Assembly: GCA_965215005.1 (NCBI GenBank)
Contig: CBDCCZ010000042.1
Span: 192,001-256,000, forward strand
Origin: Kofleriaceae bacterium
Lineage (GTDB): Bacteria > Myxococcota_A > Polyangia > Haliangiales > Haliangiaceae
Length of the DNA stretch: 64,000 bases
Direction: 5' to 3'
The notes under the pieces were generated by a model, which had not been told where the DNA came from, searched no databases, and was given only the letters and a program-made list of their open reading frames with translations. Within the stretch, counting starts at the first letter, position 1. The number at the start of each line of letters is the position of its first letter. The translations under genes were made by a program, and so were the position numbers. Of this stretch, positions 30,285 through 41,639 are shown one piece after another.

Positions 30285-31019
30285 ATGGGCTTGTTCGATA
30301 AGCGAGATCTCAAAAAGAAGGGCAAGGAAGGCGACGACTTCGATTCGCCAGTCGAGCGTATCGACTTGTCCTCCGCAATGCCTCCTAGCGAACCGCCAAC
30401 CGTCGCCTCTGGCGAGCTCGGCGCGGCCGCGAACGCAGACGGCCCCGCAGCGACCGCAGAGCCGAGCTATGCGCCGCCGAGCCCGCCGCCTGCCCACTCC
30501 GATGATGACTTCTTCGATGCCCCCGACTACGGCATCGACAAAGCCATCGAGCTCATGCGCACGCTGCCGCAGGACAACGTCGAGCTCGTGGTGCAGGTCG
30601 TCAAGATCACCCTCGAGTCGACCCGCGTCAAGATCGGCGACATCATCGAAGATGCGTCGCGTAAACAGACGCGCATCACCGACCGCATCAGCGTGCTCAG
30701 AAGCGAGATCGCCGAATTCGAAGCCGAGATCGCCACGCGCAAAGAAGAGATCACCGGTCTGGAAGCCGACATGAGCGAGACCAGCTCGGTCAAGGAACGC
30801 CTCGAAATGGCGGAAGGCTTGAGCAAGAGCGGTAGCTCGGGTCGCGCAGCCGGCACCTCGATGAACCCCACGAGCTCGAGCGCCTACGGCTCAAAGTCGG
30901 GTTCGGTATCGGGCACGCATGCGGTCAACCGGCCCATGGCCAGCTCCTCCAGCGCGAGCAGCACTGGCGGCTCGAGCGCCTTGGGCAGGCCCAAGACCAC
31001 CGTCGTCGTCAAGAAGTGA
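30285..31019 (+). CDS. Hypothetical protein with coiled coil
   Basis: GGAG RBS; strong GC3 bias; heptad region ISVLRSEIAEFEAEIATRKEEITGLE. Confidence 0.75.
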   Translation: MGLFDKRDLKKKGKEGDDFDSPVERIDLSSAMPPSEPPTVASGELGAAANADGPAATAEPSYAPPSPPPAHSDDDFFDAPDYGIDKAIELMRTLPQDNVELVVQVVKITLESTRVKIGDIIEDASRKQTRITDRISVLRSEIAEFEAEIATRKEEITGLEADMSETSSVKERLEMAEGLSKSGSSGRAAGTSMNPTSSSAYGSKSGSVSGTHAVNRPMASSSSASSTGGSSALGRPKTTVVVKK

Positions 31020-31035
31020 CGGTGCTGCAGGCGAT

Positions 31036-31068
31036 GCGGTTGGAAAGACGCTAGCGGTTGGAAAGACG
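31036..31068 (+). repeat. 15-bp direct repeat (18-bp period) just before the next start codon
   Basis: gcggttggaaagacg at 31036-31050 and 31054-31068. Confidence 0.85.
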
Positions 31069-31075
31069 TTGATCG

Positions 31076-32392
31076 ATGCTGCGCTACCACCTCGCCATCG
31101 TCTCGCGTGATAATCGCCTCAAGCGCGAGATCAAACGCGTCACGGCGGCTACCGGCTCGACCGCCGACTTCATCGGCGATGCCTCGGGCCTCGATCCCAA
31201 TCGGCCCGCAAATCTGGCCATCTACGACGCGCGCAGCGGCGAGCCCGACAAACAGTTTCTGAGCAAGCTGCCGCGCCACACGCCCATCGCGTACGTGCTG
31301 CAGAGCGAGCGGCTCATCGATCGCCTGGCGCTGTTTCGCGATGAGCGCGTCACCAGCCTGCTCTGTCACGACGCCGACTTCGATGACGACGAGTTCATCG
31401 CCAGCACTACCAAAGCCCTGCGCGGTGAGATCTTTGGGCTTCAGAAGTACTTCCCGTGGGGCGTCACCACCTATTCCATGGTGGTCAAGAGCTACGAGGA
31501 AAAGAGCAAGGCGATCGACATCCTGCTGCACTACGCCAAGCTCGCAGGGGTTCGCGGCCCGGTTCGCGACCGTATTCAGCTGGTTTCCGACGAGCTAATG
31601 ATGAACGCGCTGTATCACGCGCCGGTCGACGAGCAGGGAAAAGAGCGGTTTCGTGAGCGAACGCTCAAGGAGCTATCGCAGCTGCCCGAGGTTCCGCCAA
31701 TCGAGGTGCAATACGGCTGCTCGGGCCGCTACTTCGGGATCTCCGTGCGCGACGGCGGCGGCTCGCTCACGCGGCCGCGCGCGCTCGACTACCTGCTGCG
31801 CGCCAAGAGCGGCACGCACATCGAGAACAAAGCCACCGGCGCCGGGCTCGGGCTCATCAGTGTGCTCCGCTCGGTCTCAAAGCTGATCTTCAACCTCGAG
31901 CCGGGTCACTCTACCGAGGTCATCGCGCTCTTCGATCTCGAGCTCTTCGCCAAGGGACAGGTGGGCGCGCGCTCGCTGCACATGTTCCTGCAAGCCCCTG
32001 CCGCGACCGACGAGGACGACGACGACGACGACGAGCAGCCCGACGCCGAGCCCCACGTCATAGCCCCCAGCCGCAGTGGTCGTTGGCTGCTGGCAGCGCT
32101 GCTATTGTCGGTGGTGACGGCGATGGCGACCGCGCTGGTCATGAAGCAGTCAGCGCCGGCCAGCGCTGCGCAGAGTGTCGAGCCGACCGTGACGGTGCTC
32201 GCAGATCCGCCCGACGCCGAGATCACCTTCGACGGCCGGCAAATTGCCAACGAAGCCGCGGTTCCTCTCGAGGCCGGCGTGGCGCACACGGTGCTCGTTC
32301 GCCGCGACGGCTTCGAGCCGTACCGCACCCAGCTCGCCCCAGATGCGAACAACGATATTCGTCTAGTCGTGAGCCTGCGGCCCACCCGATGA
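31076..32392 (+). CDS. Receiver-like + HATPase (RsbW/anti-sigma-kinase-like) + TM + PEGA-like protein
   Basis: DELMMNA (N box), VRDGGG (G1), GAGLGL (G2); poly-Asp linker; TM helix; DPPDAEITFDG...RRDGFEPY. Confidence 0.65.
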   Translation: MLRYHLAIVSRDNRLKREIKRVTAATGSTADFIGDASGLDPNRPANLAIYDARSGEPDKQFLSKLPRHTPIAYVLQSERLIDRLALFRDERVTSLLCHDADFDDDEFIASTTKALRGEIFGLQKYFPWGVTTYSMVVKSYEEKSKAIDILLHYAKLAGVRGPVRDRIQLVSDELMMNALYHAPVDEQGKERFRERTLKELSQLPEVPPIEVQYGCSGRYFGISVRDGGGSLTRPRALDYLLRAKSGTHIENKATGAGLGLISVLRSVSKLIFNLEPGHSTEVIALFDLELFAKGQVGARSLHMFLQAPAATDEDDDDDDEQPDAEPHVIAPSRSGRWLLAALLLSVVTAMATALVMKQSAPASAAQSVEPTVTVLADPPDAEITFDGRQIANEAAVPLEAGVAHTVLVRRDGFEPYRTQLAPDANNDIRLVVSLRPTR

Positions 32393-32574
32393 CCCCTGCC
32401 CACGCGCTTTCGCGGGGCGCCATCACCGGCCCCACGGCTGCGGCGCGGCGGGTTGCGTAGGTAGTGCGGCGGTCCTCGCCCACACCGACGCAGCAGCCTA
32501 TCAGGCTCGCCGCCCGTGCACGTGACCTCTCCTCCTAGCTCGATGAATGCCGTCGCTAGTGGTAGCCTTTGTCC

Positions 32575-33585
32575 ATGTCGCCAAGCCGCGCTGAAGCATG
32601 TGCTGCGATTTGGCTTCTCGACGCCGATGAGTCCGAGCTCGTCGATGCCGCGCTAGCCGGAGTGGAGCAACACGCGCCGCGAGATGCGGCCATTCTCCGC
32701 GACCTCATGCCGCGGCTCAATACGTTGGCCGAGCTGCTGGCGAGCGCGCGCCCGCTGCGCGCGCCAACCGAGCTCGGCGGTCAGCAGCGCACCGTGGAAA
32801 CTCTCACCGAACATTTGTGTCGGCTCGATGGCCTCTCGGGCGATCTAGTTCTGCCGATGAAGGCCACGCTCGCGCGCACCTTCCTGCTGCAGAAAATCAT
32901 GTTCCTGCGCGCGTTCATCAAATCCACCACCGCGCTGAGCGAGCACGGTGGGGAGTTTGCAGAGTACAGCCACGAGCTGCGCGAAGAGCTGGCGCAGTCG
33001 GTCTACACCCAGCTCGCGGAAGAGCTGTTCTTGGCGCTGCTGCGCAAGCCTGAAATCCCCCTGACCATCAAACGCCAGGCCGCCGACCAGCTCATCACGG
33101 TTTGGGACAACGCGCAGCTCGAGATCGAAGACTTTTGCCCACTGCTCGAGTCGGCGTGGCATGCGCGCAACTCGATCAAGAGCGGCATGGGCTGCTTGCT
33201 CGGAACCACCGAATACTTCCGCCTGGTGACCGAAGATTGCGCGCCGCAGTTCTTGGACTTCTTCGCCCGTGAGGAGGTCTCGGTGGCTGAGCGGCAAGCG
33301 TTCGAAGAGTTTCTCTTCAATATGACCCACGAAGAATTGCAGACCTTGCGCCGGACGATGCGCGAGCAGTCGCTCGAGGTGGTGAGTGCCGACTGGTGCA
33401 GCAAGGTGTTGGCGCGGCCGATCGAAGATCTCGACCCCTCGGGGAAAATCGATCCAATGGCGCTCTACCGGTCATACTACCGCCGGCAGCTCGCGGCCGA
33501 CTTCCGCATCATGGCCGGTGCCGAAGGTCCTCGTCGCACCGCCGAGGCGTATCTGATGATCTCCCTGTTGGCGCACGACGACTGA
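32575..33585 (+). CDS. Hypothetical all-alpha protein
   Basis: Long ORF with coding-like GC3 bias; no recognised motif. Confidence 0.7.
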   Translation: MSPSRAEACAAIWLLDADESELVDAALAGVEQHAPRDAAILRDLMPRLNTLAELLASARPLRAPTELGGQQRTVETLTEHLCRLDGLSGDLVLPMKATLARTFLLQKIMFLRAFIKSTTALSEHGGEFAEYSHELREELAQSVYTQLAEELFLALLRKPEIPLTIKRQAADQLITVWDNAQLEIEDFCPLLESAWHARNSIKSGMGCLLGTTEYFRLVTEDCAPQFLDFFAREEVSVAERQAFEEFLFNMTHEELQTLRRTMREQSLEVVSADWCSKVLARPIEDLDPSGKIDPMALYRSYYRRQLAADFRIMAGAEGPRRTAEAYLMISLLAHDD

Positions 33586-33598
33586 GGCACGCCCGGTC

Positions 33599-34417
33599 GT
33601 GGCGATCGATCCCGAAGCTCCACCCAGCGCGGCCTCCGCGAGCGAGGCAGCGCACTTGGCGTGGGCGCCATGCGGCACGCTCTGGAGCGCCTATCCGGCC
33701 CAGCGACGGGTCGTTGGCTGGCGACAAGGGCAGCGCCTCGTGATCGGCTCCGAGACCTTTGGTGCCAGCGATGGCCGCTTGCACGAGGCCAGCTTCCTGG
33801 CCCCGGTCGGCCTCGCCGCGGCGGCCGATGGAGCGCTGTGGATTTCCGACTCGAGCACGGTACGCCGCCTTCGCGGCGATCACATCGTCACCATCGCCCG
33901 CTTGCCCGCCGCCGGCGCCGGCCTCGAGCTCGACGAGCCCCGCGGCCTCGGCTACGTCGCCGTTCCAAGCCACGGCGCGGTGTGCCGAGTGGCGCTCGCC
34001 GATGGCCGACTGAGCCGGTTCATCGACGATCTCGATGCGCCCACCGACATCGCAAGCTCTCCGGACCGCCACCGACTGTACATTGCCGACCGCGTCGCCA
34101 TCGTCGTCGTCGAGCCACGGCTGGGCCTGCGGCGCGTGCTCGTGGCCCCCGAGGCATGGCCGGCGGACACGAGCCTGGCGGCGCTGACCACTACGCCGGC
34201 GGGATTGGCAGCGGTGTGCAGCGCCAGCGGACGACTGTGGGGCATCAACTGCCGTCACGGCACCATCACCTGTCTGGCTCGTTTGCCGAGCCAGCGCGGC
34301 GCTGGCGTCGCGTTCGACCGACAGGCGCGCACCCTGCTCGTCGCCGACACCAGCGGCGGGATCTGGCAGCTGTCTCGCGACGGCGGCGACCTGCAGCGCG
34401 CGCACGTGGCGTCGTAA
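33599..34417 (+). CDS. NHL/SMP-30-like beta-propeller protein
   Basis: FLAPVGLAAAADGALWISD, LDAPTDIA...LYIAD and GVAFD...LLVAD repeats. Confidence 0.6.
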   Translation: MAIDPEAPPSAASASEAAHLAWAPCGTLWSAYPAQRRVVGWRQGQRLVIGSETFGASDGRLHEASFLAPVGLAAAADGALWISDSSTVRRLRGDHIVTIARLPAAGAGLELDEPRGLGYVAVPSHGAVCRVALADGRLSRFIDDLDAPTDIASSPDRHRLYIADRVAIVVVEPRLGLRRVLVAPEAWPADTSLAALTTTPAGLAAVCSASGRLWGINCRHGTITCLARLPSQRGAGVAFDRQARTLLVADTSGGIWQLSRDGGDLQRAHVAS

Positions 34418-34521
34418 GCTCGGGTGCCCCGCGCTCGCCCTAGGAGCCCGAGCAACGTCGCCCGCCCCGCCTGATGGAGGGATTCGCTCGCACGCGTTGC
34501 TGCAGGCGCTAAACTCGCCTG

Positions 34522-36240
34522 ATGCGCACCCGGGGCGGGCTCATCGCGGCCATCGTTGTCATGCTCGCCACCACCAGCGGCGCCGACCCGCGGCCACGCG
34601 TGCTCCACGAAGATATCGAAACGCCCGCGAGCAGCGTCCCGCGAGCGCTGGGTCCAGCGCCGCGCGCCGGTCAAAATCCCGCCGCCTTCGCCGCCACCGG
34701 CAAGCTCTTGCCCGAGCCTGCAACCGACCAGCCTCCCGGCTCCGGAGAGCCGACGCATGGCAGCGCAAGCTTTGCCGCCGATCGGCAGACGCAATCGCGC
34801 CCCGACTATCGAACCGGCCCCGATGCGCCCTTGCAGTACGTGACCGTCTTCAATCCGTCGGTGGTGCCGTTCAAACGCATGAGCGCCTTGGATGCAGTGC
34901 AGCCCGACTACACCCTCCGCGTCGGCTCGAGCGCTCTGGTGGACCTTCCCATTGGCGGCACCACCGATGCTGACCGCGACGTGTTCTGGGGCTCGCTGGT
35001 GCTCGAGCTCGAACCGGGACGCGATGTCGCCATCCCCTCCGTGGCGCCCGACATGCGCGTCTTATCGTATGAGATCGAGCCGCGCCTCGCCCTCACCTTC
35101 TCGAAAGACGATGCCGATAACTACTTCGTTCGCTCCGATGAGAGCGCAGCGAGCGGAGTCCATCGGCTGGTTTTCATGGTCGACGCCGACGCGAGCTACT
35201 TTGCGCCCTCGGTGCCGCGCGGCTATCGAGTTCGCGACGTCGCGCGGCTGAGTCGCTCGCTCGCGCGACCATTGCCGGCAGATCTTCGTGCCGAAGCTGC
35301 CAAGGCGGCACGCAGCCTGCGGATCTCGGCGGCAACGCCGCTGCCGGTAGCACTCGACCGACTGGCGCGTTACTTCCGCGGCTTCGAGGCGCGGCCGGCA
35401 CCACCTCCGAGCGGCAACATCTACCGCGACCTCTTCTACAGCCAGGCCGGCGTCTGCCGGCATCGCTCGTTTGCCTTCATGGTCACTGCCGCAGGCTTGG
35501 GCATTCCAGTCCGCTACGTGACCAACGAGGCCCACGCCTTCGTCGAGGTGTGGGCTCCCGAGGTCGGCTGGATGCGCATGGATCTTGGCGGGGCGTCGCC
35601 GCGCCTCGATGTTCGAAATGCCGCCGATAAGACCCTGCATCAGCCGCGTCGCGCCGATCCGTTTGCCCAGCCGCCCGGCTATCGCGACGACTACACGCAG
35701 CTGGCCGGCGACATCCGCGGCCTCTCGGCCGAGCAGCTCGCCGAGGCGCAAACCAGTCGGCTCGAGCCGGCGGAGCCCGACGACGCTGCCGGCCGCCAAG
35801 ACCGCGGCACAACCTCCGACGCTGCCCCCGAGCGCCGCGATCCCGAGCCGACGGACTCCAGTGCCGCCGACGCCCCCGCACCGCCACCGGCCGGGGAAGA
35901 TGAAGTGCTGCCCTCGCCAACTCCACCGACTCGCGGCAAGGCGGCCACCCGCATCGTCGTGGAGACCGCGGCGAGCCGCGGCTTTCGTGGTGAGCCGCTG
36001 CTGGTGCGCGGCCGCCTCGAAGCACGCGATGCAACCGCCGCCGAGCTGCGCGTCGACGTGTATCTCGCGCCTAGCGACAGCGGCGGCTCGGGCGCGCGCC
36101 TGCTCGGGCACGGCCTCACCCGCACCGACGGCAGCTTCGAGCTCGAGCTCGAGCTTCCGGCCGATTTGGAGCTGCGCGATTACGAGGTCTTCGCCGCAAC
36201 CCCCGGTGATGCTGAGCGCGGCGCTTCTGTCTCCCGCTGA
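34522..36240 (+). CDS. Secreted transglutaminase-like domain protein
   Basis: Signal peptide; catalytic triad GVCRH, HAFVEV, WMRMD. Confidence 0.85.
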   Translation: MRTRGGLIAAIVVMLATTSGADPRPRVLHEDIETPASSVPRALGPAPRAGQNPAAFAATGKLLPEPATDQPPGSGEPTHGSASFAADRQTQSRPDYRTGPDAPLQYVTVFNPSVVPFKRMSALDAVQPDYTLRVGSSALVDLPIGGTTDADRDVFWGSLVLELEPGRDVAIPSVAPDMRVLSYEIEPRLALTFSKDDADNYFVRSDESAASGVHRLVFMVDADASYFAPSVPRGYRVRDVARLSRSLARPLPADLRAEAAKAARSLRISAATPLPVALDRLARYFRGFEARPAPPPSGNIYRDLFYSQAGVCRHRSFAFMVTAAGLGIPVRYVTNEAHAFVEVWAPEVGWMRMDLGGASPRLDVRNAADKTLHQPRRADPFAQPPGYRDDYTQLAGDIRGLSAEQLAEAQTSRLEPAEPDDAAGRQDRGTTSDAAPERRDPEPTDSSAADAPAPPPAGEDEVLPSPTPPTRGKAATRIVVETAASRGFRGEPLLVRGRLEARDATAAELRVDVYLAPSDSGGSGARLLGHGLTRTDGSFELELELPADLELRDYEVFAATPGDAERGASVSR

Positions 36241-36256
36241 TCGACGGGGTGCGCGC

Positions 36257-36841
36257 TCAGTAGAGCTCGAGCGGCGCGCTCACGATGGTCTCGGCGCCCG
36301 TCGCCGGAAATCGCATCGCCCGCGCCGCACGTTGCGCGCACGCTTCGAAGCCGTGCTCGAACAAATACGCCGGCGCGCCCACCCGCACCTGCTGCACGGC
36401 TCCAGTGCCGTCGACCAGCATCTCGAGCATCACCGTTGCCTCGAGCACCGCGTTGCCGCGCGCGCGTTCGATACAGTCGAGAACCGCGCGCGAATCTCGC
36501 CGCACCACCGTGTTGATCTCCGCCGCCGATAGCGAGCGACTCTCGCCCGCGCCGGCGAAATCTACCTCACGCGCGCCCAGCGTCGGCTGAGTCCCGCGCC
36601 ACACCTGCCGCGTCTGCGCCGCCGACAGCTCGATCAGCTCGTCCTGCGCCACCTGGCGCTCACGCCTCGATGCCCCTTTGCGCTTGCGCCGCTGCGGCGC
36701 TTCTCTGGCCGGCGCCGCCGCGGGCATGTCGATGACCATCGCATCGCCGACGCGGTGGGTTGGCTGCAAGCGCTCCATGCCGAGGTAGACTCCACCGCCT
36801 CCGAGCGCCACCCCGATGACCAGGCCGAGCCAGAACCGCAC
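36257..36841 (-). CDS. Membrane-anchored AgmX/PglI C-terminal (TonB_C-like) domain protein
   Basis: N-terminal TM; LSAAEINTVV...CIE, VDGTGAV, CAQRAARAMRFP...VSAP. Confidence 0.65.
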   Translation of the reverse strand: MRFWLGLVIGVALGGGGVYLGMERLQPTHRVGDAMVIDMPAAAPAREAPQRRKRKGASRRERQVAQDELIELSAAQTRQVWRGTQPTLGAREVDFAGAGESRSLSAAEINTVVRRDSRAVLDCIERARGNAVLEATVMLEMLVDGTGAVQQVRVGAPAYLFEHGFEACAQRAARAMRFPATGAETIVSAPLELY

Positions 36842-36899
36842 GCGGCAGTTGTATCACGCCCAAGCCGACCCTCGCCCCAGCGGCGTCGAGGCCTTTGGC

Positions 36900-37646
36900 G
36901 TGTTCGGTCTCGCCTTCGCAGGCCTAATCCTGCTGGCGACCTTGACGAGTGATCTCGGATTGCTCAGCGTCATCGCCGCGCAAGCGGTCATGGCAGGAGT
37001 GCCGCTCGTTTACGTCGCCGTCCGCGGCTATTCCTTCACCGACGCGCTCGGGCTCGCGCTACCCACGCCGCGCGCGCTGCTCGGCGCGGCGCTCATCGGC
37101 GCGACGTTCTGGTATCTCAACGCCGCGCTAATCGCGCCTGTTGCCGAGCGGCTGTTTGACAACGATAGCGACGTTCGCGAGCTCAGCGCGCTGATCGCCG
37201 CCCCCGGTCCGTCGGTGCTCGCGCTTTTGGCGACACTCGCTGTGGCCCCCGCCATTGGCGAAGAGCTGCTCTTGCGCGGCACCGTGGCTCGCGCGCTAGC
37301 GGCCCGCCTTGGTCGAGGCTGGGCCGTAGTGATATCAGCGCTGCTGTTTGGGCTGCTTCATCTGCCGTCGCGGCTGTTGCCCGCGACCTGCTTTGGCCTC
37401 GTGCTCGGATGGGTGGCGCTGCGCAGTCGCACCACCCTCGCGGCGATGCTGGTCCACGTGCTCAACAATGGGCTGGTTCTCTGGCTCGCGCCCGAGCGTG
37501 GTGATCCCACCAGCGCTACAGTGGTGGGCTGGCTGGAAACCTGGCCATTGGCCACGCTTGCGGTTGCGGCGCTGGGGTGTGCTAGCGGCTTTACGCTGCT
37601 GGCCACCTGCCGCGAGCCCCGTCGCGACCGCAAACCGTTGGAGTAA
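36900..37646 (+). CDS. CPBP/CAAX (Abi) intramembrane metalloprotease
   Basis: EELLLRG, FGLLH and HVLNN motifs; start uncertain (36816-36900). Confidence 0.85.
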   Translation: MFGLAFAGLILLATLTSDLGLLSVIAAQAVMAGVPLVYVAVRGYSFTDALGLALPTPRALLGAALIGATFWYLNAALIAPVAERLFDNDSDVRELSALIAAPGPSVLALLATLAVAPAIGEELLLRGTVARALAARLGRGWAVVISALLFGLLHLPSRLLPATCFGLVLGWVALRSRTTLAAMLVHVLNNGLVLWLAPERGDPTSATVVGWLETWPLATLAVAALGCASGFTLLATCREPRRDRKPLE

Positions 37647-37696
37647 CGACTCCTACATTATTGTTCTTTCTTGCGAGCGCTGCTACGTTTTAGCTC

Positions 37697-38386
<690 letters not shown>

Positions 38387-38438
38387 CGCCGATTCAAACA
38401 ACGATTGCCAGGAGACAAATCGCGCGAGCGGTGGGCTG

Positions 38439-39425
38439 CTAACGGGTTGCCGTCGGAATTGGCGCGCGGTAGCCGCTCACAGCGAAACCAAGCGCGCGGT
38501 CGGCGAGCTCGGTAAACGGTCCTGGCGGGCGGCCTCCGAGCCGGTGCACCGCCCGCAGATACGCAGGCAGATAGCGGGCTGAGCGCGGCAACACGCGCAG
38601 CATTGGCCGCAGCGCTGCTGTCGAGGTCGCAACCATCGCGCGCTCGGCAGCTCCGTAGCGGAGCCCGTATTGCCGCCGAAGCCGCTGCGGCAACAGCGAA
38701 GCGGTCATCGCTTGGCCCCACTGCATCAGGACCGCTTGCGACCGCTTCGGCGGCGTGAACAGAAATCTTGCCATCTGTCGCGCCGGCTCGCCGACGCAAA
38801 TCACCTCAGAAGCGAGCATGCTCTGCACGTACGCATCGAACGCTGGCCAGTCGCTGGGCAAGCGCTCATCGGGGATTCCAAACAAGTACGCAAAGCGTTT
38901 GCTGTCTTGGTAATAGGCATCGCGCTCCAGCGCCCGCAGCGGCCGAATCAGCCGCTCGACCACTTGCACGACCGTGTGCATCAGCGTCGCAAAGACCCAC
39001 AGCAGCGCGTCGACATCGTTGGCCGCGTACGGCGTGCCGCGAGCAAATGCGCCGACGTCTTCGGTGATGACGCCGTGGACGCGGGTATGGATGGTATGCA
39101 CCCGTCGCGCCGCCGCGAAGGCCTGGTCGAGCTCGCCGAAGGTCATCGCAAAGACATTGAAGAACGTCCGCTGGAAGCGACCGGCAACGTCGCGGCGGGT
39201 GTCGGAGTGCTGGTCAACGCCGTGCGCGACGAACGGATGCGCGAGCTGCAGCAGCGCAGCGCGGCCGCCACCGAGCAGCAGCACCGCCTCGCGATGCAGC
39301 TCCCAGACCTTGCTGCCCGGACCATGCACCCCGCCGCGGGCATCCGTGGCCAACGCCTGCACCTTGGCCAGCGAACGCTCGAGCGCGTCCCGCGTGACCA
39401 GCAGGCTTCCCCCAGAACTGACCAT
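38439..39425 (-). CDS. MpaB/DUF2236 oxygenase family protein
   Basis: RAALLQLAHP...GVDQHS, RFQRT, IHTRVHG, YAAND...LLWVFATL. Confidence 0.88.
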   Translation of the reverse strand: MVSSGGSLLVTRDALERSLAKVQALATDARGGVHGPGSKVWELHREAVLLLGGGRAALLQLAHPFVAHGVDQHSDTRRDVAGRFQRTFFNVFAMTFGELDQAFAAARRVHTIHTRVHGVITEDVGAFARGTPYAANDVDALLWVFATLMHTVVQVVERLIRPLRALERDAYYQDSKRFAYLFGIPDERLPSDWPAFDAYVQSMLASEVICVGEPARQMARFLFTPPKRSQAVLMQWGQAMTASLLPQRLRRQYGLRYGAAERAMVATSTAALRPMLRVLPRSARYLPAYLRAVHRLGGRPPGPFTELADRALGFAVSGYRAPIPTATR

Positions 39426-39482
39426 CGAGTCATAGTCTGCGCTGGAGTGGTCACGCTAGCAACCCGAGCGCGCGCCCCGCGC

Positions 39483-39735
39483 TCAGCGCAGCGGGAGCAC
39501 GAAGCTACACGGCAGCTCGATCTCCATGACGCCATCGCTGGTGCCCACCACCACCGGATCCTCGTTGACCGTAACGCCGCCGAGCCGCTCGCCCGCCTCG
39601 TTGACGGCCTCGAGGGTGAGGCCCTCCCCGAGACCGTGATAGTGCGGCATCACGTCGTAGACCCGGAAGTCGTCGGGCTCGAGGGCGCAGGTGGTACTCA
39701 CGCGCGAGCGCTGGACCAGTGTCAGCGGCGCATCC
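39483..39735 (-). pseudogene. Possible remnant of a copper monooxygenase (PHM-like) C-terminal domain
   Basis: Short frame with DFRVYDVMPHYHGLG (PHxH Cu-ligand-like motif); no convincing start; abuts the O-methyltransferase stop. Confidence 0.35.
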
Positions 39736-40375
39736 CCAGCACCATGCCATCCGGCGTCGGCACGCACACCGAGTCGAAATGTGCGGCGGCCTCTTCGTGA
39801 AACCGGCGCATCGCGGCCGCGGTGTCATCCTCGTCCATGAGCTTGCCGAACAGATAGGCGTTGTCACCGATCAGAAGCCCCCCAGGACGCAGGTTATCGC
39901 GCGCCCAGCGGCCGTAGTGGTCATAGCTGGCCTTGTCGGCATCGATGAACACGGCATCGAACGGTCCGTGCTCGACCAACGTCGGAAGCATCTGCACGCC
40001 GGTTCCGACGACGACCTCGATGACCGCGGCCAGCCCCGCCTCCGCGATGTTGCTGCGCGCGCGAGTCGCGTACTCGGGGTTGGATTCGATTGTGTAAATC
40101 CGGCCGCTCGGGCCCACGGCGCGGGCCATGCGGATTGCTGAGTAGCCGGCCAAGGTGCCGACCTCCACCACCCGCTCGGCCCGCGCTAGGCGCAGCAGCA
40201 GCTCGAGGAATCGGCCCTCGGACTTGCCAACCATGATGGCGGGCATGTCTTGCTGCTCGGGGGTCGCGAACGCGGTTTCCAAGCCCGGATCATGCGCGGC
40301 GTGGACCCGGTCGACATACGCGAGTAGCTCGGGCGTGGTGTAGCGAGTTCCTTGGCGCGAGTCCTGATCAGCCAT
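39722..40375 (-). CDS. O-methyltransferase (CCoAOMT/Methyltransf_3)
   Basis: VEVGTLAGYS, FDAVFIDADK, LRPGGLLIGDN. Confidence 0.92.
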   Translation of the reverse strand: MADQDSRQGTRYTTPELLAYVDRVHAAHDPGLETAFATPEQQDMPAIMVGKSEGRFLELLLRLARAERVVEVGTLAGYSAIRMARAVGPSGRIYTIESNPEYATRARSNIAEAGLAAVIEVVVGTGVQMLPTLVEHGPFDAVFIDADKASYDHYGRWARDNLRPGGLLIGDNAYLFGKLMDEDDTAAAMRRFHEEAAAHFDSVCVPTPDGMVLGMRR

Positions 40376-40415
40376 GGCGCATGCTGGCATCGCCGGGCGA
40401 GCCGAGCAAGCAGCC

Positions 40416-41624
<1,209 letters not shown>

Positions 41625-41639
41625 TGGTAAGGAGCGACT

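Noticed and set aside
38388..38418. Possible further copy of the repeat element (caaacaacgattgccaggagac); similar faint matches near 9790 and 30165
   Set aside because: Similarity is too low to distinguish from chance by eye; it needs a profile search.
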